DNA of 64,000 nucleotides from Spirochaetia bacterium (GTDB taxonomy: Bacteria; Spirochaetota; Spirochaetia; DSM-2461). The position numbers and the translations under genes were made by a program. This document shows positions 29,386 through 39,882 of the stretch, in pieces; within the stretch, counting starts at the first letter, position 1; each line of letters begins with the position of its first letter. Under the pieces are notes generated by a model. That model did not search any database. It saw only the letters and a list, made by a program, of their open reading frames with translations, and was not told the origin of the DNA. The stretch spans positions 544,001 through 608,000 of the forward strand of contig CAXXIA010000002.1 of assembly GCA_963666985.2 (NCBI GenBank). The letters are read 5' to 3'.

Positions 29386-30600
29386 TCACTCCATGGATTC
29401 GGGAAATTCGAGAAAGTAGGTATGCTTGTACTGAACCGCGGTGCATCCGGCGTACTTCTTAAACACCTGGCCGAAGTAACGCTGATTCACGAATCCCACC
29501 TGCTCCGCGATCCAGTAAATTTTATTTCTCGGATCCTGGAGAAGCTGTTTGGCGATTTCAATTCGAAAGCGATTTGTATACTCGATAACCGTTTGTCCCG
29601 TCTGCTGCTTGAAAAGATTCGACAGGTAAGCGGGGTGGACAAAGATACATTCGGAGAGCGTCTGAAGAGAAATTTTATCCGCGTAATGAGTGTGAATGTA
29701 TTCCATCGTTTTTCGAACGTGCGCTCCGTAAAGGATTTCACTATTCGACGGATTCGCCTCATTCCGGGGAGCTTCAAGGATTTCGGGTTTGTAGGCCGTA
29801 CGAGCGAACTCCCGCATGAGTTTCTCACTCGCCTCCGGTAAATCCCGAATTCTCTTGGCGGTTCCGATTTCGCTGAGGGCGATATCCGGGAAAGCGCGTT
29901 CCAATTCGGCACGGAGACGCCGCGCCCGCTGGTGCAGCACCGATTCTTCCACCAAAACCACAGTGAACAGGCGCCGTCCCGCGGAATAAAGGTAGCAATT
30001 GGTCCGTTCGAACGCGGTAACGTGTTTCAGGCGATTCGTCTCGGTCGGAAGGAAAATGTGAAAAACGAAGAAGCTCATGAGTTCGAAGCCGCAGACACGA
30101 AGAAGAGTAGAGAGCTCATCGTCATAAATCCGGCGTGTTTCAAACAGAATATCGTAGACCAGTCCCTTCGCGATGAATCGGGCGTTTTCTTTCAAATAGG
30201 CTTTATCCTGAAGACGCCTCTTCCGCCGCGTTAATTCGGCCTCCGCTTTTTTCACGGCGTTAAGCAGGTTTGGAACGGATACGGGTTTCACGATATAGTC
30301 CACGGCATCCTGCTGAATTGCCCGCTTCGCGTATTCGAAATCGGTATGCCCGCTGATAAAGATAACTTGAGTTTCACAGCCGCGTTCACGGAGCACATCC
30401 ACCAGCGTGAGACCGTCCATGTTCGGCATATTGATATCCGCCAAGAGCAGATCGACACGGTCCCAGTCGGAAAACTCCAGCGCTTCTTCAGGATCGCCGT
30501 AGACCGCCTCAATCGCCCACTCTTCGTTCGACGATTCGATTGTACGACGAATCCCGTCGCAGATGACCTCTTCATCGTCGATAATTACGATTCTCATCAC
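29386..30600 (-). CDS. Response regulator, receiver plus AraC HTH (YesN-like)
   Basis: IIDDE, DINMPNMDG, SGHTDFEYA, YIVKP; AraC HTH HPAYLSNLFK...VGF...YFGQVFKK. Confidence 0.93.
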   Translation of the reverse strand: MMRIVIIDDEEVICDGIRRTIESSNEEWAIEAVYGDPEEALEFSDWDRVDLLLADINMPNMDGLTLVDVLRERGCETQVIFISGHTDFEYAKRAIQQDAVDYIVKPVSVPNLLNAVKKAEAELTRRKRRLQDKAYLKENARFIAKGLVYDILFETRRIYDDELSTLLRVCGFELMSFFVFHIFLPTETNRLKHVTAFERTNCYLYSAGRRLFTVVLVEESVLHQRARRLRAELERAFPDIALSEIGTAKRIRDLPEASEKLMREFARTAYKPEILEAPRNEANPSNSEILYGAHVRKTMEYIHTHYADKISLQTLSECIFVHPAYLSNLFKQQTGQTVIEYTNRFRIEIAKQLLQDPRNKIYWIAEQVGFVNQRYFGQVFKKYAGCTAVQYKHTYFLEFPESME

Positions 30601-32384
30601 CGGATTCCCTCCGCGGGAATTGAAATACGAATCGTCGTGCCGAATCCGAATTCACTGGAAATCGTCAGGCCGCCCTTTTCTCCGTACATATAGCGTATGC
30701 GCTCTTCGACGTTGCGGATGCCGATGTGGTGGGCGTCCTGTGTTTTATATTCGGCGTCGAAAATACGGGAAATCTCCTCCGGAGTCATACCGATGCCGTT
30801 GTCGATAACATCCAGCAGATAGATCTTTCCGTTAAGCCTTCCCCGGATTGTCAGCACGTTTCCCCGCTTTCGGCCTTTAAAGCCGTGTACAATCGCGTTC
30901 TCCACCAAAGGCTGGAGCGTCAATTTCGGTAAGAGCGGTCCCTCGTTCGGTTCAACGGTAATTGAATAGCCGAACGATCCGCGGCTGGTATTGTTCCGAA
31001 GAAAGAGATAGTCCTCGACATTCCCAATTTCATCCGAGAGCGAGGCATGGATTGAGGAATCGTCAATGGTATAGCGGAACAGGTTCCCCAAGGAAAGAAT
31101 CGATTGGGAAATCTCCTGTTCGCCCTTCTCCTCAAGCCTCCAATGAAGCATATCCAGCGTATTGTGAAGGAAATGGGGATTTATCTGAGCCTGGAGCGCC
31201 TTGAATCCCGCCTCTTTCGCCCGCAGTTCCTGCTGATAGCGCGACTCGATAAGTCGGTTGATATCTTCCACCATTCCATCGAACACACGGTCAAGCTGCC
31301 CAATCTCGTCGAAATGGTTCGGATTCATCGGAACGGTAAAATTACCGCGTCCCACATGGAGCATTTTCTCGGCCAGTGCGTCGAGACCTCGGGTAACCCA
31401 CCGGGATATTCGGCCGGCGAGAAGAAAACTTAAAAGCATCGACAGCGCCAGAGAAAGAAGAAGAATATGCACCGTCTGTTTGAAGGTTTTCCTCAGGGAT
31501 GATATGGGGCTTGAAGTCACAAGATACCAGCCCAAGGCTTTATTGCGGACATAAGAAATAAGAAGTTCATCGCCGGAAGCCGGAATGGAAAAAATCCCTC
31601 GATCCGACTCCGGATCAATCCGCTCCAACGCCTCCTCCGCCAGCGCCGCCTCCGGAGTAATCGACACAATTCGATCGCGGCAGGAGGGAACAAGAAAGAG
31701 TGAGATATTCTCCAATCGCCGATTGGAATACTCGATATGCTCGAAGTAATCCTCATCGATAATCATAAGAAGCAGGCCTTTTATCTCATCGCTTGAATAA
31801 TCCTTAATAATTGCGGCGCCCGTCAGTCCTCTTAAGGGACCGAGAAGAATGGAGTCCTGGGCATAGGTGTCGGTAATATCGTTCTCATTCAGCCAAATCA
31901 TGCCGCCGTTGAGCCGCTCCGCCAGACGAAAAACCTCGGTGGCGCGGATATCGAAACCCGGCGGCAGATAGTACGCGGCCCTGATTCCGTATGTATTGGC
32001 ATCGGTATCGATAATCGAGATATCGAGAAGACCCCGGCGGCTGATCGACTTTGAGTTCAGCACCTCCATAATATTCCGCCGGGCAATCCCCACCTCGAGA
32101 TCCGTCGCGCCGTTGAGTTGTTCCTTGATTGTGTTGTTGATTACGATATCGAGGGCGTCGGAATTAAAACCCTCGATACGGCTCGTCAGATCCTCGTTCA
32201 CCACGGCGATGAGCTGTGATAAAAACTCGCGTTCCCGTTCGATGATGATACGCGCGTTGAATGTGTAGACCGCAAGGCCGATGACGAGCACCTGAACCAC
32301 CGACAGAACCGCTACCGCGAATCCTATCTTCTCCCGAAGTTTCATGTTCGACAAATATGTGGTGATTCCCGTTATGACTCTCAT
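30597..32384 (-). CDS. Sensor histidine kinase (YesM/LytS-like with HAMP)
   Basis: Two TM segments, HAMP, LQAQINPHFLHNTL, LQPLVENAIVHG, DNGIG, HIGIRNV..RI. Confidence 0.93.
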   Translation of the reverse strand: MRVITGITTYLSNMKLREKIGFAVAVLSVVQVLVIGLAVYTFNARIIIEREREFLSQLIAVVNEDLTSRIEGFNSDALDIVINNTIKEQLNGATDLEVGIARRNIMEVLNSKSISRRGLLDISIIDTDANTYGIRAAYYLPPGFDIRATEVFRLAERLNGGMIWLNENDITDTYAQDSILLGPLRGLTGAAIIKDYSSDEIKGLLLMIIDEDYFEHIEYSNRRLENISLFLVPSCRDRIVSITPEAALAEEALERIDPESDRGIFSIPASGDELLISYVRNKALGWYLVTSSPISSLRKTFKQTVHILLLSLALSMLLSFLLAGRISRWVTRGLDALAEKMLHVGRGNFTVPMNPNHFDEIGQLDRVFDGMVEDINRLIESRYQQELRAKEAGFKALQAQINPHFLHNTLDMLHWRLEEKGEQEISQSILSLGNLFRYTIDDSSIHASLSDEIGNVEDYLFLRNNTSRGSFGYSITVEPNEGPLLPKLTLQPLVENAIVHGFKGRKRGNVLTIRGRLNGKIYLLDVIDNGIGMTPEEISRIFDAEYKTQDAHHIGIRNVEERIRYMYGEKGGLTISSEFGFGTTIRISIPAEGIR

Positions 32385-32402
32385 CGGCAGGGACTCAATC
32401 CC

Positions 32403-33257
32403 CTACTCCTTTATGCCCGATGCCGCAGCGCCTTTAATATAGTATTTCTGAAGCGGCAATAGAATACACGTGGGAATGAGAATCGCGACTACCGTAGCGG
32501 CGAAAATAACATTCCAAAGCACCGTGAACTCCAGGGTAAATTCACTGATGGCCACCTGGATAACCTTCATGCTCCGCCTCGTCGCCGCCAATAGCGGCCA
32601 TAAAAAAGCATCCCACTGTTTTACGAAAAGCATCAGGCCGGCGCTGATGATAACCGGTTTGGAGATGGGAACAACGATTTGGAAAAAGGTGCGTGTATGC
32701 CCGGCGCCGTCAATCTTGGCCGCCTCCAGCAAACTGTCGGGGACATCCAGGAAGAACTGCCGGTAAAGGAAAACGATCATTCCGTTGGCCACCATGGGAA
32801 GAACCAGCGCGGCGTAGGTATCGATCAAGTGCAGCGATTCCGCCGTTTTGTAGAGCGGTACCGCGATCATTTCAAAGGGAATCATAAAGGAGAAGAGATA
32901 GATGACAAAAAGAACATTGCGTCCGGGGAAGCGGTATTTCGCGAAGGCGTATCCCGCCATGGCGTTCACGAAAAAGCCGAGTGCCACGGTCGCCGCCGTA
33001 ACAATGAAGGAATTGAGAATCGGGAGCCAGAAACGGTGCTCGCTAAAAAGTGAGCGGTACGCCTCTCCTGTGAAAATTTTCGGTATGAACGTATGAACCG
33101 AAAGAGGCGCGGCATAATGAAAAATCTCCTCGTCGTTCCGAAGCGACGATCCTAAGGCGAAGAGAATCGGAAGAACGGAAAAAACGATGATCGCCAGAAT
33201 CACCAAGACGTATAAAACGTTAAGCGCAGGGGTTAAGCGCGACTTTCGCTCGATCAT
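32403..33257 (-). CDS. Sugar-type ABC permease
   Basis: LLEAAKIDGAG EAA motif, WDAFLWP. Confidence 0.92.
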   Translation of the reverse strand: MIERKSRLTPALNVLYVLVILAIIVFSVLPILFALGSSLRNDEEIFHYAAPLSVHTFIPKIFTGEAYRSLFSEHRFWLPILNSFIVTAATVALGFFVNAMAGYAFAKYRFPGRNVLFVIYLFSFMIPFEMIAVPLYKTAESLHLIDTYAALVLPMVANGMIVFLYRQFFLDVPDSLLEAAKIDGAGHTRTFFQIVVPISKPVIISAGLMLFVKQWDAFLWPLLAATRRSMKVIQVAISEFTLEFTVLWNVIFAATVVAILIPTCILLPLQKYYIKGAAASGIKE

Positions 33258-34264
33258 CGTGCGTCTCCTTTATTCCGTGATTCCTTTGCCGCGGAAGCAC
33301 CGCGTTCCCGCATCACTCGAAACTGAAGGCCGATAACGAGCAGGGAAATGAAGAGCAGAATCGTGATAATCGCGTAGGAACGGCCGTAATTGGAGTATTT
33401 AAACGCCGAACGGTAAGCCTCGAACATCAGCACGTTTGTCGATCCTTGAGGACCGCCTCCGGTCAGGAGGTAAACGGGAACGAACATGAAAAGGTTAATC
33501 ATCGTGTCGGAGATGGTGACGAAAACAAGCGAATTCTTCAGCATCGGAAGGGTGATGAGGAAGAGTTCGGAAAAGAAATTCGTCCCGTCGATTCTGCCGG
33601 CCTCATAAAAAGAGCCGTCGATGCTCTGAAGTCCCGCCAGGAGGAACATCATCCAATAAGCGACGCCCTTCCAGCAGCAAATGAGCATAATAACGTACAT
33701 CGCCTGATTGGAACTCGTCAGAAAGGGCTGTGAGGAAATGCCGAAGACGTTGAGAATCGAGTTGATCACTCCGGAGGAGGGATTGAGCATCAGGTTCCAC
33801 ACCGTCGAAGCGACCACCATGTTGATCGCCACCGGAATATAGACAATCGTCCGTGATACACGAACAAAAAGGTGGTTGCGGTTGAACAGAAGCGCCACAA
33901 AAACAGCCAGGACTATCTGAAGCGGCGTTACGATAAAAGTGAACTTCACCGTCATGAGAATCGAGTTGAGAAAATCGGGATCGCGAAAGAGCCACAGGTA
34001 ATTTTCAAACCCGACGAAGGCATTGACGCCGCCGGCGACACGCCGAAAGAAGCTGCCGACGACCGAGTAGGCGATGGGATATCCCTTAAAAAGGATAATA
34101 AGGATGAAAGACGACGAGAGAAATGCATAAGGGACGAGTTTTTCCCTCAGTCGCCGATAATTAATATTGACGGATTGAATTTGATTCATGAAACGGTTTC
34201 TCCGGTACTCCAAATAACGGTCCGCCGCCGGAGAGGTCCTCTCGGCGGCGTCCTTTCTCTCCAT
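33254..34264 (-). CDS. Sugar-type ABC permease
   Basis: LAGLQSID..FYEAGRIDG, TGGGP; start could be further downstream (MNQIQ). Confidence 0.9.
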   Translation of the reverse strand: MERKDAAERTSPAADRYLEYRRNRFMNQIQSVNINYRRLREKLVPYAFLSSSFILIILFKGYPIAYSVVGSFFRRVAGGVNAFVGFENYLWLFRDPDFLNSILMTVKFTFIVTPLQIVLAVFVALLFNRNHLFVRVSRTIVYIPVAINMVVASTVWNLMLNPSSGVINSILNVFGISSQPFLTSSNQAMYVIMLICCWKGVAYWMMFLLAGLQSIDGSFYEAGRIDGTNFFSELFLITLPMLKNSLVFVTISDTMINLFMFVPVYLLTGGGPQGSTNVLMFEAYRSAFKYSNYGRSYAIITILLFISLLVIGLQFRVMRERGASAAKESRNKGDAR

Positions 34265-35583
34265 TACCGGTATGGAACCAGTTTTACTTCGATTGAGGAG
34301 ACTGCCGCGTCAAGGGCTTCCTCCACGTCGGCGCCGTTTCGAATATCTTCGATTGTTGCGCCGATAACACTCTCCCACTCACGATAACCAAGCGATTTCG
34401 GTCGCGGAGCGGCACTGTTCTGAGCTTCGTAGGCCGCAAGGCGGAAGATTGAAAGCGGTTCATTCTCATACTGCGGATCGTCGAAGTACTTCTGCAGTTC
34501 CGAAACTCGAGCGGAGAATTCACCGCGGGCATTGCAGAACGCATCATTGCCCTTGCCGAAAGTAAAAAACTTGACGAATTCCGCCGCCGCCGCTTTGTTC
34601 TCCGAGAAATTACTGACTCCGATATGGAAGCTGTCGGTAGGTGTTGCGGGAACGCCGTCGGCAAAAGAAGGGAAAGGCGCAAATCCGTACCGCAGTCCCT
34701 CGGTTGACTCGAACGTACGATAATCGAAGATGTTGGCGCAGATGAAAGCGATTTTACCGGCGGTAAAAAGTCCGATCGTCTCCGCCGGAGCAACTCCCTT
34801 GGGGGCGATTTTGTCAACATTGTGAATGTCCGAATACCACTGCATGGATTTGGTAAACCCCGGGCCGTTGACATAACCGTCCACCGTCAGGCCGTCGGGA
34901 CCAATCCCTTCACCCTTCGCGGAATTCACCAAGGGAAGAATCTGATAGGGGCGGCTGATCTGTTCGAAGGTAAGACCGTAAACGGTCGGATCGCCGGAGG
35001 CGGCCATAATCGCCTCGGACATTTCCACCACTTCATCCCATGCCAGCCTTTTCTCGGGATCGGCGGAAGGATATTCAAGTCCCGCGGCATCGAGGAGGTT
35101 CTTATTGTAGAAAAGAACATGGGAGGAGTTCTTAATAGGCGGCGCGTAGAAGGAATCCCGATAGCTGCCGGAATCGACAAGCGCCGGGGCGAAAACCGCC
35201 TTTTCCTCCTCCGTGAAGTAGGCATCCAGCGGGGCGATAAACCCGCGATAGGCGTAGCCGCTTACCATGGTGGCGTCGGTGAGAACCACATCGAAATTCG
35301 AACTCTGAGAACCGAGTTTTATCTCGATGACATCAAAAAGCTGGGTAAAAGGATACTCTTCCAGTTCAACGTGAATATCGGGGTATTCCGTTTTAAACGC
35401 TTCCACCGCCTGAACGTTGCCGTTATGGTATTCGGCGATGGAGAGAAAGGTAATCGATCCCGCCAATTCTCCGTCCGATGCCGATGCTTCGGCCTCAGCC
35501 TTGTCGTTTCCACAGGCAATCAATGCCGTGGAGAGTATAAAAAGTCCGATTATGGAGATGCTCTTCCATAATTTTTGTTTCAT
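34264..35583 (-). CDS. ABC substrate-binding lipoprotein (family 1)
   Basis: Start MKQKLWK with AAGGAG RBS; lipobox LIAC; LFYNKNLLDAAGLE.P, AAEFVKF. Confidence 0.9.
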   Translation of the reverse strand: MKQKLWKSISIIGLFILSTALIACGNDKAEAEASASDGELAGSITFLSIAEYHNGNVQAVEAFKTEYPDIHVELEEYPFTQLFDVIEIKLGSQSSNFDVVLTDATMVSGYAYRGFIAPLDAYFTEEEKAVFAPALVDSGSYRDSFYAPPIKNSSHVLFYNKNLLDAAGLEYPSADPEKRLAWDEVVEMSEAIMAASGDPTVYGLTFEQISRPYQILPLVNSAKGEGIGPDGLTVDGYVNGPGFTKSMQWYSDIHNVDKIAPKGVAPAETIGLFTAGKIAFICANIFDYRTFESTEGLRYGFAPFPSFADGVPATPTDSFHIGVSNFSENKAAAAEFVKFFTFGKGNDAFCNARGEFSARVSELQKYFDDPQYENEPLSIFRLAAYEAQNSAAPRPKSLGYREWESVIGATIEDIRNGADVEEALDAAVSSIEVKLVPYR

Positions 35584-35800
35584 CGGTTTACTCCTTAATT
35601 TTTCCGCAATCGGTTTATGAATAAGTCCGGGCCGCCTAAGGACAAAGTAATTGTAGTAGTGATTTTTCAAGATCAAAACGTAGCGGATTAAAGATTTGTT
35701 CCCCGATTTAAATGAGTTTGCACTCCGTATATTGACAGGTGTTTTTTTACGGCGCTACGGTCGGCTCGGCCGCAGGACAAATTCGATTGGAGTGAAATGA

Positions 35801-36607
35801 ATGGAAACGACCTATCACACAAAAACGACGAAGAACGATGTCGCGCCCTATGTTCTCCTTCCGGGAGATCCGAAACGCGTGCCCCTCGTGGCCGAACTCT
35901 GGGATGAATCACGACTCATCGCCGACAACCGCGAGCATGTCACCTACACCGGCGTTTACAAAGGCATGCCGATTACCTGTACAAGTACCGGAATGGGGTG
36001 TCCGTCGACAGCGATCGCCGTTGAAGAATTGGCGCGCTGCGGCGGGAAGACCTTTCTGCGCATGGGAACGTGCGCCGCGATCCAGGACTACGTGAAACCC
36101 GGAGACATCGCGATTTTCGATTCGGCATGCCGCTTTGAAGGAACTTCGGGCCGATATGTTCCGCCGGAATATCCGGCGGTGGCGCACCACGAAATTATCG
36201 CCGCGGCGATTGAAACGGCCAAGCGTTTGGAACTGCCGTATCACGTTGGAACAACACGCACCACGGACGGACTTTTTGCAAACCGTCCCGAAAAGGATTC
36301 TTCCTTCGGCGGATACAGGCGCCACGATTGGGATTACTTTCTCAGCGACCTCAAGGCGATGAAAGTTATCGCCGGAGAAATGGAAAGCAGTATCGTCATG
36401 GTCCTTTCTCGTCTCTTCGGTCTGCGCGGCGGCGCCCTATGCGTGTGCGTTACACATCTGCTCAAACAGTATCAGGAAGGCGGCTCTTTCGATTATGACC
36501 GCGATATCTCCTACACGCCGGACAATGTAGGGCGCCTCAACCGCGTTGCCTGTGAGACAATGCATCAAATTTATTTGAACGACCAAAAAAGCGGCGGCAT
36601 CGACTAA
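35801..36607 (+). CDS. Nucleoside phosphorylase, uridine phosphorylase (NP-I) family
   Basis: LLPGDPKR, NRE, STGMGCPS, RMGT, RFEGTS, EMES. Confidence 0.88.
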   Translation: METTYHTKTTKNDVAPYVLLPGDPKRVPLVAELWDESRLIADNREHVTYTGVYKGMPITCTSTGMGCPSTAIAVEELARCGGKTFLRMGTCAAIQDYVKPGDIAIFDSACRFEGTSGRYVPPEYPAVAHHEIIAAAIETAKRLELPYHVGTTRTTDGLFANRPEKDSSFGGYRRHDWDYFLSDLKAMKVIAGEMESSIVMVLSRLFGLRGGALCVCVTHLLKQYQEGGSFDYDRDISYTPDNVGRLNRVACETMHQIYLNDQKSGGID

Positions 36608-36618
36608 GTTCCGTAAAC

Positions 36619-36647
36619 CCCGGGGAAGCGGATTCCGCATTCCCGGG
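36619..36647 (+). terminator. Hairpin terminator between convergent phosphorylase and glgP
   Basis: cccggggaagcgga / tccgcattcccggg followed by a T-rich tail. Confidence 0.5.
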
Positions 36648-36729
36648 ACTCTCTGTTTCTCGATGACCTTTAGAGACATCCCTGTATCCGATTACCCCCG
36701 CATTATGCTGTGAAAACAGCCGCAAATCG

Positions 36730-39252
36730 TCAGGCCCTCCGTACAGGCGGTACCGGTTCGGTTTTCCAAATTTCCCCGGCGTACTCACGGATCGTCCGGT
36801 CGCTGGAGAAACGGCCCATATTCGCTACATTCAGAATGGACTTCCGGGTCCACTCTTCCCGGTTCCCGTAGAGAATGGAAACCTGCTGTTGCGTGTCAAC
36901 ATAGGAACGGAAATCCGCCAGCAGCCGATAAGTGTCTCCGTAATTTAAAAGCGATTCGACAATCTTCAGAAATTCTCCCGGATCTCCCGAGGAAAAATCC
37001 CCCAAGGAAATTCGTTGAAGAACCCGGCGCAGATCTTCATCCTGTTCGTAGTAGCCCCAAGGGTTGTATCCCCCATGGTACGAGGCTTCCACTTCCTCGG
37101 AGGTGAGACCGAAGATAAAAATATTCTCCTCGCCGACCTCATCCCGGATTTCCACGTTGGCGCCGTCCAATGTTCCGATGGTGAGAGCCCCGTTGAGGGC
37201 GAACTTCATGTTGCCGGTTCCCGAGGCCTCCGTTCCGGCGGTGGAAATCTGCTCGGAAAGATCCGCCGCCGGCATCAATTTTTCGGCCAGGCTCACGCAG
37301 TAATTGGGCAGAAAAACCACCCGAAGCTTATCTTCAACGGAACTGTCGGAATTAATCACTTTTGCCACATTGTTAATAAGCTTGATAATCAGTTTTGCCA
37401 TGGCATATCCCGGGGCGGCTTTTCCCCCGAAAATAACGACTCGGGGAGAATCACCGCTGTTCGGATCGGCTTTGAAACGGTTATAGAGATGAATCACATG
37501 AAGCAGATTGAGAAGCTGTCTTTTATACTCATGGATTCGTTTTACCTGACAATCAAAGAGGAAATCGGGATTCACGGTCAGTTCGCAGCTTTTTTGAATG
37601 CAATCCGCCAGACGAAGTTTATTCGCTCTCTTCACCCCCTGCCACTCTCTGCGAAATTCCAAATCGTCCGCATAGGGAATAAGGTTCTTCAACTGGTCCA
37701 GATCGGTTATCCAAGATTCACCGATGCGGGAACTGATGAGATTCGACAAACCCGGATTGCATGAAAGCAGCCAGCGCCGCTGGGTAATACCATTGGTTTT
37801 ATTGTTAAATTTCTGCGGCCACATTTCCGTGAAATCGCGGAAAAGGCTTTTCTTCAGAATATCGGTGTGCAGAGCGGAAACACCGTTAACCGAATGGCTG
37901 CCGATAATCGCTAAATTTGCCATGCGGATCTTCTTAATGTTGTCTTCCTGGAATATGGATGTTCGAGTTAAGCGATTTACATCACCCGGATAACGTTGGG
38001 ACACATCCTCCAGAAAATTATGATTAATCAGGTAGATAATCTGAAGATGCCTGGGAAGCACTCTCCTGAAAAGATCTTCAGACCATTTCTCCAGCGCCTC
38101 CGGCAAAACCGTATGATTGGTATACGCGAACGTTGCCGTGGTAATTGCCCAGGCCTCGTCCCAAGGCAGCTCCTCCACATCCATCAAAAGCCGCATCAAT
38201 TCCGGAATCCCCACGGCCGGATGGGTATCATTCAGTTGGATCGCCACCTGATCGGAAAACCGGCTGAAATCCGATCCATTGGTTTTCTTGTATCTCCTGA
38301 GAATATCCTGCAGGGTCGCTGAAACGAAAAAATATTCCTGTTTAAGACGTAATTCTTTTCCCTCAAATATATTATCGTTCGGATAAAGTACCTTTGAGAT
38401 GGTTTCCGTATTCACTTTATCGCGGACGGCGCGCTCATAGTCTCCATGATTGAAGTAACTCAAATCAAAATCACGAGTGGATTTGGCCGCCCAAAGGCGC
38501 ATATTGTTGACCGTATCATTCCGATAACCCGGAACCGGGGTATCATAGGCCATGGCCATAACCTCTTCGGTATCCACCCACTCATAATGGCTTTCACCCT
38601 CATCGTCCACATATTCGTTAACATGCCCGTAGAACCGGACGGGATAAAGGAATTCGGGCCTTTCAATCTCCCACGGATTACCGTATCGAAGCCAGGGATC
38701 CGGAGTTTCCACCTGCTCACCGTTGCGAATGCGCTGAAAGAAGATTCCATATTCATAACGAATCCCGTAACCATAGGCGGGAAGGGACATCGTAGCCATG
38801 GAATCCAGGAAACAGGCGGCCAGCCGTCCCAAGCCTCCGTTCCCCAGACCGGCGTCGTATTCCAGATTCTCCAGCTCGCTTAAGTCCAGCCCCCAATCGG
38901 CCATGGCCAGTTTCACCTGATCCCGAATCCCCAGTGCGATTAGGGCGTTATCCAGAGTTCTTCCGATGAGAAACTCCATCGAAAGGTAGTAAACCCTTTT
39001 AGACGGTTGGTCGTAATAGGTCTGCATGGTATCAATCCAGCGCTCGAAAAGATAATCCCGCAGAGTAAGCGAAATACTCTTATAAAAATCCAAAGGAGTC
39101 GCGCTGTATTCATCTTTTCCCAGGGAGTATTCCAGATGATCCATGAAGGTACGCCTAATGGAATCAACGTCGGTTTTTAACCGAGGTTTCTCCGATGGTT
39201 TAAGAGATTTCCCAAAGTCTTCCCGGGGATTCATTTTAGATGCATTACTCAT
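36730..39252 (-). CDS. glgP: Glycogen/starch phosphorylase
   Basis: GLGNGGLGRLAACFLDS, LYPND, QLNDTHP, KRIHEYKRQ, EASGTGNMK (PLP lysine), FSSDRTI.EYA. Confidence 0.97.
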   Translation of the reverse strand: MSNASKMNPREDFGKSLKPSEKPRLKTDVDSIRRTFMDHLEYSLGKDEYSATPLDFYKSISLTLRDYLFERWIDTMQTYYDQPSKRVYYLSMEFLIGRTLDNALIALGIRDQVKLAMADWGLDLSELENLEYDAGLGNGGLGRLAACFLDSMATMSLPAYGYGIRYEYGIFFQRIRNGEQVETPDPWLRYGNPWEIERPEFLYPVRFYGHVNEYVDDEGESHYEWVDTEEVMAMAYDTPVPGYRNDTVNNMRLWAAKSTRDFDLSYFNHGDYERAVRDKVNTETISKVLYPNDNIFEGKELRLKQEYFFVSATLQDILRRYKKTNGSDFSRFSDQVAIQLNDTHPAVGIPELMRLLMDVEELPWDEAWAITTATFAYTNHTVLPEALEKWSEDLFRRVLPRHLQIIYLINHNFLEDVSQRYPGDVNRLTRTSIFQEDNIKKIRMANLAIIGSHSVNGVSALHTDILKKSLFRDFTEMWPQKFNNKTNGITQRRWLLSCNPGLSNLISSRIGESWITDLDQLKNLIPYADDLEFRREWQGVKRANKLRLADCIQKSCELTVNPDFLFDCQVKRIHEYKRQLLNLLHVIHLYNRFKADPNSGDSPRVVIFGGKAAPGYAMAKLIIKLINNVAKVINSDSSVEDKLRVVFLPNYCVSLAEKLMPAADLSEQISTAGTEASGTGNMKFALNGALTIGTLDGANVEIRDEVGEENIFIFGLTSEEVEASYHGGYNPWGYYEQDEDLRRVLQRISLGDFSSGDPGEFLKIVESLLNYGDTYRLLADFRSYVDTQQQVSILYGNREEWTRKSILNVANMGRFSSDRTIREYAGEIWKTEPVPPVRRA

Positions 39253-39397
39253 TGGAAACCTCCTGTACCGGATGAGTCTAAGTCAAGGAATATATTAAAC
39301 CGGCGCACAACAGATCATCATCGAAATGAGAAAAATATTTATTCACAAACCGAATCCGGGCTAATGCGCGCCCGGATTGTACACCGATCTCGGTCAA

Positions 39398-39652
39398 TTA
39401 CTTTTTGGGTGTTTTCAAAGCCGCCGCCAAATCTCCGCGATCCCGGATGGTGCGGATGGTTTCCGCCAGTTCCTCATCCAAACAATCTTTCAGCCAGATG
39501 TAAAAATCGTTTTTCGAGTCGTTACAGAAAAAACCGAAATCATCATCCGACATGGAAGATACGGCTTTCATCAGCTGACTTCGGGTTTCCACCATGCTCC
39601 CGTCCCTGAGAATGAAGGCTTCACCGGGGCGTGTCTTTTTTCTTTTGATCAT
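39398..39652 (-). CDS. Small hypothetical protein, DUF5752-like domain
   Basis: AFILRDG...L...M.DDDF.F...KNDF..W..D....ELA pattern; GGGAG RBS. Confidence 0.55.
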   Translation of the reverse strand: MIKRKKTRPGEAFILRDGSMVETRSQLMKAVSSMSDDDFGFFCNDSKNDFYIWLKDCLDEELAETIRTIRDRGDLAAALKTPKK

Positions 39653-39882
39653 ATAGAGCTCCCGGGATTGTATTAAACAATCCCCTTTAATTTTAATTCT
39701 CCGAACCTCGTTTCGAAATAGTCAAAACAAAAACATTTAAGAGTTTTTCTACAGCCGGCCGGAACCTATAGTTGTCGAGGGAGCAGAGATATTGCGAGAT
39801 TGATAAGAAATGACCGGCTTCTCTAGAGAATCAATTCATCGAATCCAAAGCCGACGGCCGTATAATGCTGAAGTTTTTCCGA

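Noticed and set aside
35639..35792. AGGACAAA..TTG.AGT repeated twice in the divergent SBP/phosphorylase spacer
   Set aside because: Short and imperfect; could be response-regulator sites but cannot be told from chance by eye.
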